DNA from: a virus
Length of the DNA stretch: 64,000 nt
Reading direction: 5' to 3' (one strand)
IMG/VR virus record: IMGVR_UViG_3300045988_154892
The position numbers and the translations under genes were made by a program. Positions 42,731 to 52,729 of this stretch are shown here, piece by piece (position 1 is the first letter of the stretch; every line of letters starts with the position of its first letter). Below the pieces are notes generated by a model, which worked only from the letters and a program-made list of their open reading frames with translations, was not told where the DNA came from and searched no databases.

Positions 42731-45700
42731 GTGGTAGCATTTAATCATATACATTTACATAGCATGGATTCTAATCCATATAGCGGATTGGAAGTAGATT
42801 CTGTTGTGCCATTTCAAAAATATATTGATCAAGCCGTAAAAGATGGGATGACTGCAATTGCTTTCACGGAACATGGTGCGGTGTTACACAATATTGCTAA
42901 ACGTCAAGCTTGTGAAAAGGCTGGAATTAAATACATTAATGCAGAGGAGTTCTATGTAACTGAAACAATTGATGAAAATAATTTAGTGAGAGACAATTAT
43001 CATTGTTGTTTATTTGCTAAAAATTATCAAGGTGTGCTAGAGTTGAATTATTTGTCTTCAATATCGTTTAATCGTAAAGACGGACATTTCTATTACAATC
43101 CACGAATTACATTAGATGAGCTTATTAATACTTCGGATAATATTTTAGTTAGCACTGCTTGTGTCGGTGGTATTTTGTGTAAAGGTACAAAAGATGCACA
43201 AGAAAAATTTTTAAAGTTTATTATTGAAAATAAACATAGATGCTGGTTGGAGATCCAGCCACACAATTTTGACTTACAAATTCGATATAACCAATATTTA
43301 TATAGAATAGCAAATGAATATGGATTGAAACTTATTGCAACAAATGACGTTCATGCTCTAAATCAAGATTATGCTGATGGTCGTGCAATTATGCAGCAAT
43401 CTAAAAAAGTTATTTTTCATGATGAGGATCAATGTGATCTTAATTGGAAAAATGGAGATGAAATGGTAGAAGCATTCAAAAAACAATGCTCATTACCAGA
43501 TTTTGTATATATGGCTGCGATCCAAGAGACAGTGGATTTTGTCGATCAGATAGAATCATATGAACTTGATTATAGTAATAAATATCCACGATTATATAAA
43601 GACGCGAAAGGCGAATTTGTAAAACGTATTGTAGAAGGTGTAGAAAAAAGAGGCATAAACAAGCTTCCTAATTATAAGACGGAATACATTCCAAGAATTC
43701 AAGAGGAACTAAAAACATATGAACATAACGATGCAATTGATTTTATGTTGTTAGATTCTGATTATAAAAATTGGCTTTTAAAAAATAATATGCATTATGG
43801 CCCATCTCGTGGATCTGTTTCAGGTAGTGAAATAGCATATCTAATTAATTGTACAGATGTAGATTCTGTAAAGTACAATCTTAATTTTTCTCGATTTATG
43901 AATCCAGAGAGAATGTCACTTGCTGATGTTGATACAGATATTTATGCAGAGGACAGATATCGAGTAAGAGAATATCTTTTTAACCGCGAAGGATTATATT
44001 GTTGCAATATTCTTACATTCAATACGATTCAGTTAAAAGGGGCTATTAAGGATGTAGGTCGTGCGCTAGGTATGACACCAGAAGAAACTCAAACATTATC
44101 TGATTTGACACAAGTTGATGAAAAAGGGCATGATTTTATGCCAAAGGATATTAGAGAAAAATATCCGGAACTTTTCAAATATGTAGATATTGTTATCGGC
44201 ACAACGACATCTTTGGGAAGACATGCTGCAGGTATTGTTTGTAGTCCAACAGATATTCGTTATGATTTTGGAACCTTATCAATTACTTCTGATCCGCGTC
44301 CCGTAAGTCAAATTGACATGCACGAAATAGACTCACTAAATTTTGTCAAGCTAGATTTGTTAGGGCTAAATGCTATTGGCTTAATTGATGGTGCTTGTAA
44401 GCTTGCAGGAATTGATTTTTTGACACCGGATAAGATTAATTTCTCAGATGAGAATGTTATTAGTTCAATCGCTCAAGATACAACGTTAATTTTTCAGTTT
44501 GAAAGTGGGTTTGCAAGCGATTCGTTAAAAAGAACACTTAGTAAAGAAACGTTGGCGAATATTAAAGCACAGAATGATAATATTTCATATCTTGACATTA
44601 TGGCTATGGTTAGTGGAGCAATTAGACCTGCCGGTGAATCTTATAGGGAACAGTTATTTGCTGGTGTTTACAACGATAACGGAAATGCTGCGTTGAATGA
44701 ATTCTTAAAACCTACATTGGGATATTTAGTATATCAGGAACAAATCATTGATTTCTTACATGAATTCTGTGGATTTACGATGGGACAAGCAGATATTGTT
44801 CGAAGACACTTCGCAAAGAAGACTGGTACAGAAGCAGACATCCCTATTATCGAAAATGGCGGTTATATGCTTGATATTCATGGAGATAAAGATTCACGAT
44901 ATATAAAAGGTTTCATCGCTGTAGCACAAGAAAAATATGGGATGACAGAAGAAGAAGCAAGAAGCGCTATTAAATCATTCCTTGTTGTTATTGCTGATGC
45001 ATCGAACTATCTCTTCTCTCGAAATCACTCGATTCCATACAGTATGATTGGTTTATTTATTGGTTGGTTGCGTTATTATCATAAAATTGAATTATTGACA
45101 GCAGCTCTAAATGTATATGTTGACAATAATGAAAAAATGTCAAACATCAAGGAGTATATTAAGTCACAAGGGATTAATATTGCTGGTATTAAATTTGGAA
45201 AATCAAAAGCACAATATTTTATGGATAAAAATGAGAATACGATTTATCAAGGAATTGGTTCAATTAAATATTGCAATAATCAAATTGCTGATGAACTTTA
45301 TGAATTATCCAAAAATCAATACGATAGTTTTATCGACTTGCTTATAGATATTATTAACAAAACTTCCGTGGATGATCGACAGTTACATATTCTTACCACT
45401 CTTAATTTCTTTTCTGAATTTGGTAAAAATAAATATTTGCTTGAAATTATTGATCTGTATAATTCACTAGGTACTTGTAAAACATTTAAAAAAGATAAAA
45501 TTGCAGCAATGGGAATTGATGAAAATATTGTACGAGAATGTGCAGAGAAGGAAACACCAAAACAATATAGTACGGTTAACAAAAGAAAACTTGTTAAAAT
45601 GCTTATTGGAATGTTTGAAAACAAATCTTTGTCAGTTAAAGAGCAAATATTAAAAGAACAAGAATATCTCGGGAATATCACATACAAAAATCCAAGTGCT

Positions 45701-45964
45701 CCAGAGAATATGTTTTATGTAATAGAGTGTAAGTTCTACAAAGATAAAACAAAACCATATCTTCAACTTTATGATCTTAAAAACGGCGAATATTTAAAAA
45801 CTAAAATCACATCTGGAAAATCTTTTATTGAAAATCCATTTGATACAAATAATGTAATTCATGTAAAAGAATTTGGAGAAAAAAATAAAATGAAAAAAAT
45901 AAATGGATCATGGGTAAAAACGGATGAAACTGAAAAAATCGTAAAAAAATGGACGGTTTACTAA
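42731..45964 (+). CDS. dnaE: DNA polymerase III alpha subunit (PHP plus polymerase core)
   Basis: PHP HIHLHSMDS, GPSRGSVSGS, LADVDTDI. Confidence 0.9.
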   Translation: MVAFNHIHLHSMDSNPYSGLEVDSVVPFQKYIDQAVKDGMTAIAFTEHGAVLHNIAKRQACEKAGIKYINAEEFYVTETIDENNLVRDNYHCCLFAKNYQGVLELNYLSSISFNRKDGHFYYNPRITLDELINTSDNILVSTACVGGILCKGTKDAQEKFLKFIIENKHRCWLEIQPHNFDLQIRYNQYLYRIANEYGLKLIATNDVHALNQDYADGRAIMQQSKKVIFHDEDQCDLNWKNGDEMVEAFKKQCSLPDFVYMAAIQETVDFVDQIESYELDYSNKYPRLYKDAKGEFVKRIVEGVEKRGINKLPNYKTEYIPRIQEELKTYEHNDAIDFMLLDSDYKNWLLKNNMHYGPSRGSVSGSEIAYLINCTDVDSVKYNLNFSRFMNPERMSLADVDTDIYAEDRYRVREYLFNREGLYCCNILTFNTIQLKGAIKDVGRALGMTPEETQTLSDLTQVDEKGHDFMPKDIREKYPELFKYVDIVIGTTTSLGRHAAGIVCSPTDIRYDFGTLSITSDPRPVSQIDMHEIDSLNFVKLDLLGLNAIGLIDGACKLAGIDFLTPDKINFSDENVISSIAQDTTLIFQFESGFASDSLKRTLSKETLANIKAQNDNISYLDIMAMVSGAIRPAGESYREQLFAGVYNDNGNAALNEFLKPTLGYLVYQEQIIDFLHEFCGFTMGQADIVRRHFAKKTGTEADIPIIENGGYMLDIHGDKDSRYIKGFIAVAQEKYGMTEEEARSAIKSFLVVIADASNYLFSRNHSIPYSMIGLFIGWLRYYHKIELLTAALNVYVDNNEKMSNIKEYIKSQGINIAGIKFGKSKAQYFMDKNENTIYQGIGSIKYCNNQIADELYELSKNQYDSFIDLLIDIINKTSVDDRQLHILTTLNFFSEFGKNKYLLEIIDLYNSLGTCKTFKKDKIAAMGIDENIVRECAEKETPKQYSTVNKRKLVKMLIGMFENKSLSVKEQILKEQEYLGNITYKNPSAPENMFYVIECKFYKDKTKPYLQLYDLKNGEYLKTKITSGKSFIENPFDTNNVIHVKEFGEKNKMKKINGSWVKTDETEKIVKKWTVY

Positions 45965-45974
45965 GGAGGATAAT

Positions 45975-48224
45975 TTGAGTAATATTGTAGAATTTAAATG
46001 CGTCCCAGAACGATGTGTTTACAACTCTGAAAACTTTAAAATCTATGGCGTATCAATTAACCCATTTGATTATCCAGATATTAAAGTAAATAAATATAAT
46101 AATGTCACTATTAAAGGAAACATTTCCGAATTAAATCTTGGTGTAGATTATTCTGTTAAGGCAAAGGAGGTATCCGATTCCTATGGAGTCGGATACGAAG
46201 TTTTAAATGTGAAACGAGAGAAGCCTACAACATTAGATGCGACAAAGAATTTCTTATACGAGATTTTAACACCAAATCAAACAGATACATTATTGGCGGT
46301 ATATCCAGATATTGTTGACAGAGTTATTCATAATCGTTTGGATGATATTGATTTATCCAAAACAAAGGGTATTAAAGAATATACATTCAATGTCATTAAA
46401 AGAAAAATTATTGAAAATTTTAAGTTGGCAGATATTGTAGAAGAGTTTAAAGGATTATTTAACATGTCTGTTGTAAAAAAACTTTATGAAAAATATACAT
46501 CTGTAGATAAAATCAAAGAAAAGCTTCGAGAAGAACCATATCAATGCTTGTGCAGGTTAGGTGGAATTGGATTCAAAACGGCTGATTCACTGCTTTTGAC
46601 ATTAGATAAAGAAGCAAAAAAATGTGCCGAAACAGGCGAAAAACCAATCTTGTATTTTGGATTCGATTTAGTAACATCTTACCAAAGGGCGAAAGCATGT
46701 GTTGATTTCATCTTAGATGAGAATGAAATATCTGGAAATACATATATGGACGTTGGGGAATTAAAAAGAAAGTTTGATGTCCTAGTTCCAGAAGCAAAAA
46801 ATAATTTAGGAGTAATTCTAAAAGGCGATAATGATGTAATTTTTAATCGTGATCTCATGTGCGTATGTAGGGAAGAAACTTATGACACTGAGCAATATGT
46901 TGCGGATAGGATTAAAGAGGCTGTCCAAATTAATATAAAATGGGATTATGACCTGGAGCAATTTAAAGAACTGGATGGATTTACATTAACAGAGGAACAA
47001 TGTAAAACATCAAAATATATGTGTGATCATAATATTGTGTTATTAGTCGGTTATGCTGGATCGGGAAAGAGCAGTTCTACACAAGCATTTGTAAATTTGC
47101 TTGATACATACCATAAATCATATATGTTATTAGCACCTACAGGAAGAGCTGCCAAAGTGCTAACTGGATATACAGGAAAAGAAGCTCAAACAATTCATAG
47201 AGGATTATGTTATATGCCACCAGGGAGATGGGAATATAATTCAGAAAATAAATTACCGCATGATGTAATTATTGTAGATGAATTTTCTATGGTTGATATT
47301 TTTCTGTTTAAGCATTTGGTTGAAGCAATTGATTTTTCACGCACAAAATTATTATTGATTGGAGACGATGCGCAGATCCCATCTGTAGGAGCAGGAAACG
47401 TACTTTACGATTTACTCAAATGGGAACATGTGCCAACAGTAACGTTGAATAAAATCTTCAGATACGGAGCAGGTGGTTTGTCAAGCGTGGCTACGGATAT
47501 TCGTCAAGGCAAGGAATACTTAGATAAAACTAAAACAGGAATTCAAATTTTTGGAGATGATCAAGCATATGTATTTGTACCGTTAGATCAAACAAAGATA
47601 ATTGATTATACAGTTAAACTGTACCAAACACTTTTGACCAAAGGATATTCATTAGAAGACATTGGTGTATTATCTTGTTACAACGTTGGCGATTATGGAA
47701 CTATCGTTTTAAATCAGAAGCTTCAAGAAGTGATAAATGATACAACGGAATATATTAAGTTCGGAGAGAATGAATATCGCCTTAATGATATTGTTATGAA
47801 TTATTCAAATGACTACAAGGCTGTACTATATTCAGAAGAGAATATTAGCAAGGATGATAAAGGACAAGAAAAAACATTTATTGCAAATGGTGAAGCAGGT
47901 ATTGTAAAGCATGTAAACAAAGATAATATTGTTGTGGATTATGATGGTACCTTGATTTACTATGAAAAAGGACAGTTGAAAAATATTAAACTTGCCTATG
48001 CAATTAGTACGCATAAATCACAGGGAGGATCTTTTAAAGTTGTAATTATGCTTACACCTAAGAGCCATACATTTATGCTTAATTCGAATCTTCTATATGT
48101 TGGAGTAAGTAGAGCAAAAGAACGTTGCTATCACCTTGGAGAAATTCGAACAGTTAATATGGCTTTAAAGAAAAAAGAAAATTTTGATAGAAAAACTTTA
48201 TTATTAACTCTATTAAATCAATAA
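45975..48224 (+). CDS. RecD-like SF1 helicase
   Basis: GYAGSGKSS, IIVDEFSMVD, THKSQGGSF, YVGVSRAKE. Confidence 0.85.
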   Translation: MSNIVEFKCVPERCVYNSENFKIYGVSINPFDYPDIKVNKYNNVTIKGNISELNLGVDYSVKAKEVSDSYGVGYEVLNVKREKPTTLDATKNFLYEILTPNQTDTLLAVYPDIVDRVIHNRLDDIDLSKTKGIKEYTFNVIKRKIIENFKLADIVEEFKGLFNMSVVKKLYEKYTSVDKIKEKLREEPYQCLCRLGGIGFKTADSLLLTLDKEAKKCAETGEKPILYFGFDLVTSYQRAKACVDFILDENEISGNTYMDVGELKRKFDVLVPEAKNNLGVILKGDNDVIFNRDLMCVCREETYDTEQYVADRIKEAVQINIKWDYDLEQFKELDGFTLTEEQCKTSKYMCDHNIVLLVGYAGSGKSSSTQAFVNLLDTYHKSYMLLAPTGRAAKVLTGYTGKEAQTIHRGLCYMPPGRWEYNSENKLPHDVIIVDEFSMVDIFLFKHLVEAIDFSRTKLLLIGDDAQIPSVGAGNVLYDLLKWEHVPTVTLNKIFRYGAGGLSSVATDIRQGKEYLDKTKTGIQIFGDDQAYVFVPLDQTKIIDYTVKLYQTLLTKGYSLEDIGVLSCYNVGDYGTIVLNQKLQEVINDTTEYIKFGENEYRLNDIVMNYSNDYKAVLYSEENISKDDKGQEKTFIANGEAGIVKHVNKDNIVVDYDGTLIYYEKGQLKNIKLAYAISTHKSQGGSFKVVIMLTPKSHTFMLNSNLLYVGVSRAKERCYHLGEIRTVNMALKKKENFDRKTLLLTLLNQ

Positions 48225-48241
48225 GCATAGGAGGAGAATAT

Positions 48242-48478
48242 ATGTTTACAGCACAAGAAGCAAGAAATATATCGAACAAAGCATACAAAGAGCAAATAGA
48301 TGCCGAATTAGCGTCTATTGTGCCTGAAATCGAGGCAGCAATGCGTAAGGGTGAGTACAGTTGTTGGATTTATGAAACTAACATTTCATCAGCCACAATT
48401 GCTTATCTGAAAGAACTAGGATACAAAATTACATCTTCAACACAGTATAATGAAACAGAATACAAGATTACGTGGTAG
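48242..48478 (+). CDS. hypothetical protein
   Basis: GGAGGAGAATAT then ATG. Confidence 0.6.
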   Translation: MFTAQEARNISNKAYKEQIDAELASIVPEIEAAMRKGEYSCWIYETNISSATIAYLKELGYKITSSTQYNETEYKITW

Positions 48479-48490
48479 GAGAATGAAAAT

Positions 48491-48949
48491 ATGAAGTTAA
48501 GTGAAATAACGGAATACATTGCAGACAATTATCCAGAATCTAATATCGCATATAACAACGATGTCATAAAGGGATGCAGAGAAGAATGGTACGAAGAAAG
48601 TCTTATCGATCCACTGCTAGATTTTTACATGCACGAAGAATTAGGTCTATGCGGATGTGGAAATCCAGAATTTACATATGAGACGATAAGAAGATATCTA
48701 AATATACGAAACGAATTTGTAATATCAAAAATTGATTATCAGGAGGTTATTGATAGATACAAAAATGATCTTTTGCTTGATTATTATAACGACATTCAAT
48801 ATGGTCTATTACAATTCATGATGTATATTCTTGATGACAAAGATTTTACAACACATGGGAGTAGTATTGATGGATGCTGGTTAACTAAAAAAGGACAAAG
48901 ATTATTGACAGTTCTGGAAGCATGGAGAACAAGAGAAGATAAAGAATAA
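48491..48949 (+). CDS. hypothetical protein
   Basis: GGAGAATGAAAAT then ATG. Confidence 0.6.
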   Translation: MKLSEITEYIADNYPESNIAYNNDVIKGCREEWYEESLIDPLLDFYMHEELGLCGCGNPEFTYETIRRYLNIRNEFVISKIDYQEVIDRYKNDLLLDYYNDIQYGLLQFMMYILDDKDFTTHGSSIDGCWLTKKGQRLLTVLEAWRTREDKE

Positions 48950-48986
48950 TTTGTCAGGATGATAAAAGATGGAAGGCTGATGAGCT

Positions 48987-49760
48987 ATGGCAGTATATGT
49001 GACTGGTGATATACATGGAGATCCTACCAGGTTAAGTAAAAATAGTTTCTACGAACAAAAGGATTTTTCTAATAACAAAGATGAAAATGTAGTTATTATT
49101 CTTGGAGATTTCGGTCTTGTTTGGAATAGAAATAAGGAAAGTAAACAAGAAAAGTACTGGTTAGATTGGCTTAACAAAAAACCGTTTACAACAGTATTTG
49201 TAGATGGGAATCATGAAAATCACAAAAGACTTTCAACTTATCCTATAAAAGAATGGCATGGTGGCAAAGTACATGAGATAAGAACCCATGTATTACATCT
49301 TATACGAGGAGAAGTATTTACAATTGATGAAACAAAGTTCTTCGCTTTTGGTGGAGCAAGCAGCCATGATATTCAAGATGGCATTCTTGATTGCGATGAT
49401 TCTAATTGGCAGGAAAAAGCAAAGAAACTTGATAAACAAGGTAAATATATGTATCGTGTTAAGGATTTATCTTGGTGGGAAGAGGAATTGCCAACTGATG
49501 AGGAAATGCGGCATGGAATTAATGTATTAAAAGAGAATAACAATATGGTCGATTTTATTATTACCCACAGTCCTTCGACGTCAGAATTATATCTTATGAG
49601 TGGTAATAATTTATATGAACCAGATGTCCTTACAAATTATCTAGAAGATATAAAAGTTACGACAAAATATAAAAGGCATTTATTTGGACATATGCATATT
49701 AATAAAGCTATTAATGACAAAGATATTTGCTTATATGAACAAATTATTAGACTATTATAA
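48987..49760 (+). CDS. metallophosphatase (lambda Ser/Thr phosphatase-like)
   Basis: VTGDIHGD, ILGDFG, DGNHENH, FGHMH. Confidence 0.8.
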   Translation: MAVYVTGDIHGDPTRLSKNSFYEQKDFSNNKDENVVIILGDFGLVWNRNKESKQEKYWLDWLNKKPFTTVFVDGNHENHKRLSTYPIKEWHGGKVHEIRTHVLHLIRGEVFTIDETKFFAFGGASSHDIQDGILDCDDSNWQEKAKKLDKQGKYMYRVKDLSWWEEELPTDEEMRHGINVLKENNNMVDFIITHSPSTSELYLMSGNNLYEPDVLTNYLEDIKVTTKYKRHLFGHMHINKAINDKDICLYEQIIRLL

Positions 49761-49775
49761 GGAAGTGATTATGTA

Positions 49776-49954
49776 ATGTGCAGATATTGTAACTATGAAT
49801 CTGATGACAATCGAATTTTTATTGATCCACTGATTAATGAATATTATTTGGATATCGAAACGATGGTATGTGATAGTTATGATGATGGTTTTTTCATGAT
49901 AAAGAATATATCAATTATTGTCCATGGTGCGGAAGAAAATTGACGAAAGAATGA
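49776..49954 (+). pseudogene. small zinc-ribbon ORF split by a -1 frameshift at a T6 run (49889-49894)
   Basis: MCRYCNYESDD...DDGFF, then HDKEYINYCPWCGRKLTKE in the -1 frame. Confidence 0.4.
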
Positions 49955-49963
49955 GATATCGTT

Positions 49964-50155
49964 ATGGAAAAGAAAATTGTTGACTATAGAAAAAGACATA
50001 GACGATGTAAATACTGTAAATATAATGTGCTTGTAATGCCAAAGGACATGTATACACCAGACTACTATGTATGCAAAGTGAAAGATAAAATTATAGAAGA
50101 TTGGTTTGTCGAGTATTTACCAAGAATATTTTGTTCATGTTATGAATTAAAATAA
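49964..50155 (+). CDS. hypothetical small protein
   Basis: ORF-track ORF. Confidence 0.55.
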   Translation: MEKKIVDYRKRHRRCKYCKYNVLVMPKDMYTPDYYVCKVKDKIIEDWFVEYLPRIFCSCYELK

Positions 50156-50159
50156 ATAA

Positions 50160-50316
50160 TGTGTGGTGGCGGAATATGTAGACGCTAATGACAGATAGGT
50201 TGCTCTAACGGTTCAATTCCGTCGGTATCTGAAACAGTGAAATAGCTGATGATACTGGGTCTGATTAGGCAGAAGGGTGTGAGTAGCTATGTATGGTGAA
50301 AATCCATACCCACATA
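50160..50316 (+). ncRNA. aberrant tRNA-like RNA (~157 nt) without a recognisable anticodon arm
   Basis: Acceptor-like TGTGTGG (50160-66) pairs with CCACATA (50310-16). Class-II-like D arm GCGGAATATGTAGACGC. Internal canonical T arm ACGG-TTCAATT-CCGT (50208-22) inside stem CAGATA/TATCTG. Second T-like arm GTATGG-TGAAAAT-CCATAC (50291-309). Confidence 0.4.
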
Positions 50317-50348
50317 TTATAGAAAAATTGAAAGGAAGAAACTAAAAG

Positions 50349-50810
50349 ATGAATAAAGAATTAGAAAATAAAGCATTAGAGATTATTCAGAAATTGCAAA
50401 CATATAATCCAGCAGCGGGAGATGATTCTAGATGGTTTAAACAATGTTTATTAGATTTAGAAGATATAATTATTGATGATGAAATTTCGCCAAAAGAGCG
50501 CGAAAGATTGAAACGCATTGAAAATCGTAAAAAGCTTGGCACAAATATGGATAATACACTTTATGTTAATATGAATAAAAATAATATTCAAATTGCAGTG
50601 TCTGCACCGCAAGCTGAAATCGCATATTCAAAATGGTGTTCTAAAACAGACGCTGCAGCAGATATTATTATAGAAATGTGTTCCAGATATGGTGTAAAAC
50701 AGATTTTCATTCAAGATGATCATTTTGGAACTAATCTTCTCGATCTGCTTAGTCAAAAAGGGATGGATGATTCTATGGATATTGTCAAATTTAATTATAT
50801 GGAAGCATAA
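50349..50810 (+). CDS. hypothetical protein
   Basis: SD AAAGGAAG. Confidence 0.6.
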   Translation: MNKELENKALEIIQKLQTYNPAAGDDSRWFKQCLLDLEDIIIDDEISPKERERLKRIENRKKLGTNMDNTLYVNMNKNNIQIAVSAPQAEIAYSKWCSKTDAAADIIIEMCSRYGVKQIFIQDDHFGTNLLDLLSQKGMDDSMDIVKFNYMEA

Positions 50811-50918
50811 AGTATCTTAATTAAGTGTATGTGTTTAAATCTAGAGAAATTCATGAAAGATAATTAATGAATCTTGATTTATTGAGGATCTGAAAAAAAA
50901 TGGAGACAGTAGAAGATT

Positions 50919-51362
50919 ATGAATAGAGAAATACTTTTTAGAGGGAAACGTGTCGATAATGGTGAATGGGTAGATGGATATTTGTTTGACGATGGTTATC
51001 AAAAACCTAGGCACGTTTTTGTCGGTGATTTGGTGATTGCCGAGTATAATGGAATGGCTTGTGACGAATGGGACATTGAAGGCATTGGTTTTTATGATGT
51101 TGACCCGAATACAGTTTGCCAGTACACAGGGCTGACCGACAAGATCGGAAAGAAAATCTTTGAGGGAGATATTGTTCAGGTTGGATGGTATAAGGGAACA
51201 GTTGTGTATGAAAACGGATGCTTCGCAATTAAGTGGAACAATATTAAGTTTCTCGGAAAAGACTTGGGATATTGGGCGGATTTAGATGGTTTCCATACTG
51301 TAGGCAACATATTTGACAATCCTGAACTGTTGGAAGATGAAAATGAAAAAACGCAAAGATAA
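50919..51362 (+). CDS. YopX-family protein
   Basis: REILFRGKRVDNGEWVDGY ... GNIFDNPELLE. Confidence 0.8.
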   Translation: MNREILFRGKRVDNGEWVDGYLFDDGYQKPRHVFVGDLVIAEYNGMACDEWDIEGIGFYDVDPNTVCQYTGLTDKIGKKIFEGDIVQVGWYKGTVVYENGCFAIKWNNIKFLGKDLGYWADLDGFHTVGNIFDNPELLEDENEKTQR

Positions 51363-51379
51363 TAAAGGAAGGAAAAAGA

Positions 51380-51964
51380 ATGATGAAATATAAAGTTGGA
51401 GATAAAATTAAAATTGTCAGAGCAACTACTGGTTGTTATGGCGCAGAAGGAAAAATTGGTATTATTACTAATAGACCTTCTACAGATGGTCTTACTTGTT
51501 ACCAAGACGGTTTTAACGTAGATTGTGGCGATGAACATGTTTGGAGAATTGGTTTTGAATCAGAATTCGAACTATTAGACGAATTGACAGCAGCGGAAGC
51601 AACTAAGATTTTAGGCGAAATTTGTTGCGAACATAAATGCCTTAATGGATGTCCTATTGGTAAAGTAAAAGGGAAGATAACGTGTCAAGATTTCCGAAAA
51701 GATAAACCTGAACAAGTTATTGAAATCCTTAAACAGTGGAAGAAAGACCATGAGAAAAAAGAAATAGAGACTGAAATCGTAGACCTTATTCGAGTTATGA
51801 AAGAAGTATATGATGACGAAACATGTATATATGCTTATGAAATTGACGTAAATAAGGAAGACATTAACGAGAAAATGAAAGAGTTGGTAAAAAAGTATTC
51901 TAACGAACAAAACGGAAAAATTTACGCCAAATATGAGCGTATTTGTAGAGTAATACGAGCATGA
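51380..51964 (+). CDS. hypothetical protein
   Basis: SD AAAGGAAGG. Confidence 0.6.
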   Translation: MMKYKVGDKIKIVRATTGCYGAEGKIGIITNRPSTDGLTCYQDGFNVDCGDEHVWRIGFESEFELLDELTAAEATKILGEICCEHKCLNGCPIGKVKGKITCQDFRKDKPEQVIEILKQWKKDHEKKEIETEIVDLIRVMKEVYDDETCIYAYEIDVNKEDINEKMKELVKKYSNEQNGKIYAKYERICRVIRA

Positions 51965-52083
51965 AATGTCGATTTCAATTGAGTGATGATATAACAGTGT
52001 AGTTTAAATAGTTATCTACCATGTGAGCCTAATAGCAGCATCTCAAGGATAGAACAGCCATCAACAGAAAGGATTAAAAATAA

Positions 52084-52275
52084 ATGTGTGATTTTTGCAA
52101 TAAAATATACAATGAAGATGAATTGAACAGTCAATATTGCCGTGAAGTATGTGATTGTATTACATATGATGAAAATAACAATCATTATAACTTTTGGCAC
52201 GAGTGTTATGATGATTATTACACTGGCAATATTATGGAAATTAAGTATTGTCCTGTATGTGGAAGGAAATTATGA
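52084..52275 (+). CDS. hypothetical zinc-ribbon protein
   Basis: CDFC...CPVCG. Confidence 0.6.
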   Translation: MCDFCNKIYNEDELNSQYCREVCDCITYDENNNHYNFWHECYDDYYTGNIMEIKYCPVCGRKL

Positions 52276-52490
52276 AAATTATTGTAGATGAGATGCCAAG
52301 ATGTGCAAGTGAATGTCCTTTATCAAGAATGGAATGTGGTAGCGATTGGTTTTGTAGTAAATATAGATCTGAGTGTAATGTAGACATGTGTGACCTGCTT
52401 AAACCAATTACAGATTATGTTTTTGAGGAACGTATTGCAGAGAATATTACTAAGAGAATTCCGTTGGTAGATATTAAAAATGAGAGGTAA
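52272..52490 (+). CDS. hypothetical Cys-rich protein
   Basis: ATGA overlap. Confidence 0.55.
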   Translation: MKIIVDEMPRCASECPLSRMECGSDWFCSKYRSECNVDMCDLLKPITDYVFEERIAENITKRIPLVDIKNER

Positions 52491-52498
52491 AGTAAGTT

Positions 52499-52729
52499 AT
52501 GAGTGGTTTTGATTTTTCCAACAAAATATTAATTGATTCTACAGAATTTCAACAGAAAGTTTTAGATTATATTTATTCTGGTGAAATTGATAAGATGATT
52601 GATACGACAGTGTTCAAAGACAATCAAGAATGCAAACAAGCTATAATTCATGGGATGGTAATAGCTTCGATGCTGACAAGTAGATGCACATTTTATGAAT
52701 TAACGGGAGAACAGATAAATGAAAATTAA
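52499..52729 (+). CDS. hypothetical protein
   Basis: ORF-track ORF. Confidence 0.55.
   Translation: MSGFDFSNKILIDSTEFQQKVLDYIYSGEIDKMIDTTVFKDNQECKQAIIHGMVIASMLTSRCTFYELTGEQINEN

Noticed and set aside
50160-50316. tmRNA, or a tRNA with a group I intron
   Set aside because: At about 157 nt, with no tag reading frame or resume codon, it does not fit tmRNA. An insert of roughly 80 nt is far below group I intron size, and no anticodon arm is found.
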